Below, one piece after another: positions 19,101-20,390 of a DNA stretch of 20,390 nt. A model generated the notes under the pieces. That model ran no database searches. It was not told the DNA's origin and was given only the letters and a program-made list of their open reading frames with translations. Within the stretch, counting starts at the first letter, position 1, and every line of letters begins with the position of its first letter. The DNA is from Macrostomum lignano (Eukaryota), in the NCBI GenBank assembly GCA_002269645.1, contig NIVC01005223.1, forward strand, positions 1-20,390, read 5' to 3'. The position numbers were made by a program, and so were the translations under genes.

Positions 19101-20199
19101 CCAGGGTAACAAAACTCCCAAGGAAAACAACCCATATCAACCCAGAATAACCCCCCTGATTCAAGGTAAAAAACTCTGTATCCAAGGTAAGCATCTCCGT
19201 ATCCAAGGTATGCAACTTCGTATCCAAGGTATGCTACTTCGTATCCAAGGTAAACAACTCTGTATCCAAGGTAAGCATCTCCGTATCCAAGGTATGCAAC
19301 TTCGTATCCAAGGTAAACAACTTTGTATCCAAGGTAAACAACTCCGTATCCAAGGTAAGCATCTCCGTATCCAAGGTAAACAACTCTGTATCCAAGGTAA
19401 ACTACTTCGTATCTAAGTTAAACAACTCCGTATCCAAGGTAAACAACTTCGTATCCAAGGTAAGCAACCTTGTATCCAGGGTAAACAACTCCGTATCCAA
19501 TTGGTAAACTACTTCGCTTCCAAGATAAAACACATTGTATGTAGGCCGCAGGGTAAGCAATACGCATCCACAGTAGACAATTAGTATCCAAGGTAAACAA
19601 TCCGTACCCAAGGCCTTCCCCTTCCACTCTGCCCACGTAGTCCGCAGACGCAGGCCGCTACACCTGCATCGCTCGAAACCCGAGCGGCAGCGGTCGCGCC
19701 GAAGCGTCGGTTCCGGCGCCACCGGACGGCCGACCGAGATTTCTCGACGACGACGCCGGCCCGACCGAACTTTCGGCTCCGGCCGGACAGCCGCTGCGCT
19801 TGCGCTGTCCCGGACGTCCGGTTGGCCGTCCGACTCCTCGAGTCTACTGGCTGAAGGACGGTCGACCTCTGCCAACGTCTTCGACTGGTGCACAGCCGCG
19901 GCGGCAGCTGCAGCTGCTCCTGGTCAGTCCCGACCCGGTCGCCGACTCCGGCGTCTACAGGTGCGTCGCCGAGAATTCGATTGGCGGCTACGCTGAATCG
20001 TCGTCAATCCGGCTGAGAATCTTCGTCAACGGCGGCTTCTCTGCCTGGTCGAACTGGTCGCCTTGCAGCGTCACCTGCGGCCCCGGCGGCTGGACTCGAC
20101 GGAGCCGACGGTGCGACAGTCCGGCGCCGATGAACGGCGGAGCGGATTGCGTCGGGCTGAGCGTCGAGTCGAGAGGATGCTGGGAGCGGGACTGCGTCG
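14..20199 (+). CDS. HMCN1: Hemicentin (HMCN1/HIM-4-like) gene, partial: end of VWA + post-VWA beta-sandwich + 20 Ig domains + first TSP1; 20 exons; frameshifted as written
   Basis: Manual exon chaining with GT-AG sites and matching phases (6776 nt as written, 6778 with two restored bases). N-terminal peptides [45 protein letters not shown] and TGKD..YQRYS match the hemicentin VWA/post-VWA region as recalled from human HMCN1. These are followed by repeated C...W...D.G.Y.C Ig motifs and a [14 protein letters not shown]1 repeat. Confidence 0.9.
347..1680. repeat. (GAGAG)n-based polypurine microsatellite, about 1.3 kb, with GAGGAGAG, GAGACGAGAG and GGATAGCAG variants
   Basis: Direct reading of intron 1; it produces the spurious poly-L/S/P ORF 285..1754. 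Confidence 0.97.
1681..1796 (-). mobile_element. hAT-Charlie-type DNA transposon/MITE end with GGCCC subterminal motifs and a CTCTAGAG target site
   Basis: Reverse complement reads CTCTAGAG|CAGGGACTGGCAACCTCCGGCCCGTGAGCCACATGTGGCCCG. Charlie-group termini begin CAGGGG..CAAC and prefer NTCTAGAN targets. No partner end was found. Confidence 0.65.
2604..3027. repeat. 12-bp minisatellite (CCTAGTGTCTGT)n, about 35 units
   Basis: Direct reading; variant units CCTGGT, GCTAGT, CCTTGT, CCCAGT, CCCGGT. Confidence 0.97.
3213..3390 (+). CDS. HMCN1: Hemicentin exon 2 ([20 protein letters not shown]...SLQDPF G)
   Basis: ttccgcag|ATC acceptor, TTT G|gtaaga donor; phase 0 to 1. Confidence 0.88.
3472..3580 (+). 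CDS. HMCN1: Hemicentin exon 3 ([17 protein letters not shown]...PDSGA[W]TLRVTSAE), with a compensated +1/-1 pair
   Basis: Strong acceptor ctcttgtttgcgctgttacag|GT, donor GAA AA|gtaagg; phase 1 to 2. WTLRVT reads in the shifted frame at 3553-3570. Confidence 0.75.
4116..4246 (+). CDS. HMCN1: Hemicentin exon 4 ([24 protein letters not shown]...STRPYL G)
   Basis: Peptide resembles HMCN1 RHSVRITGLSTIDFRAGFS...SRPVQG; donor TTA G|gtgaga. The acceptor ggacag|C was chosen for phase fit and is less certain. Not in the supplied ORF track. Confidence 0.72.
4295..4385 (+). mobile_element. Second hAT-Charlie-type terminus followed by a short CT-rich tract
   Basis: CTCTAAAC|CAGGGGTCCTCAAACTCCGGCTCGAGGGCCACA, then ttctctcatctctcctctcttctattctctcatctctcc. 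No partner end was found. Confidence 0.6.
4790..4795 (-). terminator. AATAAA polyadenylation signal overlapping the lectin stop codon (second candidate at 4560-4565)
   Basis: Minus strand reads TCG TAA TAAA; + strand tttatt at 4790-4795 and again at 4560-4565. Confidence 0.5.
4794..5560 (-). CDS. Nested antisense gene: secreted C-type lectin domain protein with a C-terminal degenerate PAN/apple-like domain (about 255 aa after restoring one T); 1-nt frameshift in the signal peptide as written
   Basis: ATG at 5560 gives [17 protein letters not shown]. One extra T in the 5-T run (5510-5514) joins it to [14 protein letters not shown]...KC...[16 protein letters not shown]...LWLGVSD...W..GMPNN..NQDC...FHDYQC...FVCEY, a CTLD Cys/Trp pattern. 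Stop TAA at 4794-4796. Confidence 0.85.
5627..5634 (-). promoter_or_regulatory. TATA box (TATAAAAG) of the nested lectin gene
   Basis: Perfect TATA consensus on the minus strand about 67-74 nt upstream of the ATG at 5560, implying a short 5' UTR. Confidence 0.6.
6282..6459 (+). CDS. HMCN1: Hemicentin exon 5 ([17 protein letters not shown]...LEPPT[G]FFYVV), with a -1 frameshift near 6440
   Basis: ttcctag|GA acceptor, GTT|gtaagt donor. cct ac ggc ttc ttc tat gtt gtt needs one extra base to read PPTGFFYVV and join VTGKD. Not in the supplied ORF track. Confidence 0.8.
7601..7961 (+). CDS. HMCN1: Hemicentin exon 6 (end of post-VWA region + Ig1)
   Basis: caccag|GTG, CTG C|gtgagt; [17 protein letters not shown]...LRCEVFS...W...AGVYELM. 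Confidence 0.9.
8095..8325 (+). CDS. HMCN1: Hemicentin exon 7 (N-terminal part of Ig2), with a -1 frameshift near 8248-8251
   Basis: attccag|CT, ATA AG|gtaagt. PDPPTV...LRC...DWSR...DVAR, then in the shifted frame [24 protein letters not shown], which joins [13 protein letters not shown] in the next exon. Confidence 0.8.
8785..9434 (+). CDS. HMCN1: Hemicentin exon 8 (end of Ig2, Ig3, Ig4)
   Basis: gatag|A, GTT C|gtaagt; open frame with Ig Cys/Trp motifs. Confidence 0.92.
9629..10350 (+). CDS. HMCN1: Hemicentin exon 9 (Ig5, Ig6, first half of Ig7)
   Basis: cttttag|CG, GGG|gtgagt; IECRIRG..W.KDG..GNYRC, LHCNATG..GRYNC. Confidence 0.92.
10609..11454 (+). CDS. HMCN1: Hemicentin exon 10 (end of Ig7, Ig8, Ig9, start of Ig10)
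   Basis: tcctag|ACA, ATC|gtaagt; phase 0 to 0. Confidence 0.92.
11713..12242 (+). CDS. HMCN1: Hemicentin exon 11 (end of Ig10, Ig11, start of Ig12)
   Basis: gcacag|ATT, TTA AG|gtatgt; phase 0 to 2. Confidence 0.9.
12249..13199. repeat. (GATT)n tetranucleotide array, about 950 bp, with GACT/GATG/GGTT variants
   Basis: Fills nearly all of the intron 12243-13250. Confidence 0.97.
13251..14041 (+). CDS. HMCN1: Hemicentin exon 12 (end of Ig12, Ig13, Ig14)
   Basis: tttcag|A TCA ACA ATC CAA TGG, CTG G|gtaagt; phase 2 to 1. Confidence 0.92.
14210..14359 (+). CDS. HMCN1: Hemicentin exon 13 (first half of Ig15: KPRIAGGPF...[18 protein letters not shown])
   Basis: gttcag|TG, AGC A|gtgagt; not in the supplied ORF track. 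Confidence 0.88.
14438..14563 (+). CDS. HMCN1: Hemicentin exon 14 (second half of Ig15)
   Basis: attatag|CT, CTG C|gtaagg; [21 protein letters not shown]. Confidence 0.88.
14571..15936. repeat. 12-bp minisatellite (GTGTCTGTCTca/ta/ct)n, about 114 units
   Basis: Starts 8 nt after the exon 14 donor; essentially three unit variants. Confidence 0.97.
15978..16013 (+). other. tRNA-derived A-box/B-box remnant (SINE head or collapsed tRNA pseudogene)
   Basis: TAGCTCAGCGG (A box-like, 15981-15991) and GGTTCGAATT (B box-like, 16004-16013); the anticodon-arm interval is missing. Confidence 0.4.
16132..16324 (+). CDS. HMCN1: Hemicentin exon 15 (most of Ig16: APVIQPP...[19 protein letters not shown]...SLRISNA)
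   Basis: ccccag|TC, GCA CA|gtgagt; not in the supplied ORF track. Confidence 0.88.
16419..16501 (+). CDS. HMCN1: Hemicentin exon 16 (end of Ig16: [16 protein letters not shown])
   Basis: ctcaag|G, ATA G|gtgaga; phase 2 to 1. Confidence 0.85.
16600..17002. repeat. Degenerate ~20-21-bp satellite (ATGYACTTTAG core) with a 138-bp higher-order duplication
   Basis: gggtcagtatgtactttagagaggttttatgatgcacttaagct... occurs at 16726 and again at 16864. Confidence 0.85.
17071..17411 (+). CDS. HMCN1: Hemicentin exon 17 (Ig17 + [11 protein letters not shown])
   Basis: gacacag|AT, GAG|gtatgt. Confidence 0.88.
17457..17780. repeat. 16-bp minisatellite (GGACAGACAGACACTA)n, about 20 units; antisense relative of the two 12-bp arrays
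   Basis: Reverse complement of the unit is TAGTGTCTGTCTGTCC. Confidence 0.95.
17805..18084 (+). CDS. HMCN1: Hemicentin exon 18 (Ig18)
   Basis: ctctcccag|GTT, CTG G|gtgaga; [24 protein letters not shown]. Confidence 0.85.
18297..18640. repeat. 18-bp minisatellite (TACTAGAGTGACAGGTAR)n with a degenerate 5' flank
   Basis: Direct reading; the longer variant unit ...AAGTACATGTAA occurs twice. Confidence 0.95.
18744..18937 (+). CDS. HMCN1: Hemicentin exon 19 (most of Ig19)
   Basis: caccag|GC, ACT|gtgcgt; joins SADAGRYTC in the next exon in phase 0. Confidence 0.85.
19030..19610. repeat. 21-bp minisatellite (GTATCCAAGGTAAACAACTCC)n; homogeneous core about 19180-19500, degenerate flanks
   Basis: Direct reading. 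Confidence 0.93.
19641..20199 (+). CDS. HMCN1: Hemicentin exon 20 (end of Ig19, Ig20, first TSP1 repeat)
   Basis: cccacgtag|TCC, GTC G|gtgagg; [19 protein letters not shown]...[18 protein letters not shown]...C....C. Confidence 0.9.
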
Positions 20200-20249
20200 G
20201 TGAGGATTTCGGGACTTTGGCTGTTTCTATAAATCGTGCTGGGGTTCTC

Positions 20250-20372
20250 GGGGATTTTCTTGGGATTTTTCAAGGTATTTAGCAGGGATTCTTCGGGGAT
20301 TTCGCAGGATTATTCGGGATTTCACAGGATTATTCGGGATTTCACAGGGATTCTTCGGGATTTTGCGAGTTA
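20250..20372. repeat. Short degenerate GGGATT-based ~10/20-bp repeat (GGGATTTCACAGGATTATTC)
   Basis: Direct reading, just downstream of the exon 20 donor. Confidence 0.75.
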
Positions 20373-20390
20373 CGCATAAAGCTGAGGTTC

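Noticed and set aside
2604-19610. CRISPR-like appearance of the regular repeats
   Set aside because: Units are head-to-tail with no unique spacers, there are no cas genes, and the context is spliceosomal introns.
20250-20372. GGGATT repeats as interstitial telomeric sequence
   Set aside because: The units are GGGATT with variable spacers, not tandem TTAGGG.

Overview
Eukaryotic (metazoan) genomic DNA, not prokaryotic. The + strand carries 20 consecutive GT-AG coding exons of a hemicentin (HMCN1/HIM-4 family) gene, open at both window ends. They encode the end of the VWA domain, the hemicentin post-VWA beta-sandwich region, 20 tandem Ig domains and a first TSP1 repeat (about 2,260 aa in the window). 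All 19 exon junctions are phase-compatible once two single-base deletions are restored (near 6440 and 8250). Two more exons keep an open frame but hide compensated +1/-1 indel pairs: the conserved hemicentin peptide is legible only in a neighbouring frame. An apparently intronless antisense gene is nested in intron 4 (TATA box, signal peptide, C-type lectin domain, degenerate PAN/apple-like domain, polyA signal); it also has a 1-nt homopolymer deletion. The introns contain at least eight simple or minisatellite arrays, two hAT-Charlie-type transposon ends and a collapsed tRNA-like A-box/B-box element. The overall style (satellite-stuffed introns, GC-rich exons, secreted CTL plus PAN-like gene) suggests a free-living flatworm such as Macrostomum, but this is inference only. 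The most parsimonious reading of the indels is long-read consensus error; a decaying duplicate copy is the alternative. Comparisons to human HMCN1 are from memory of that sequence, not from a search.
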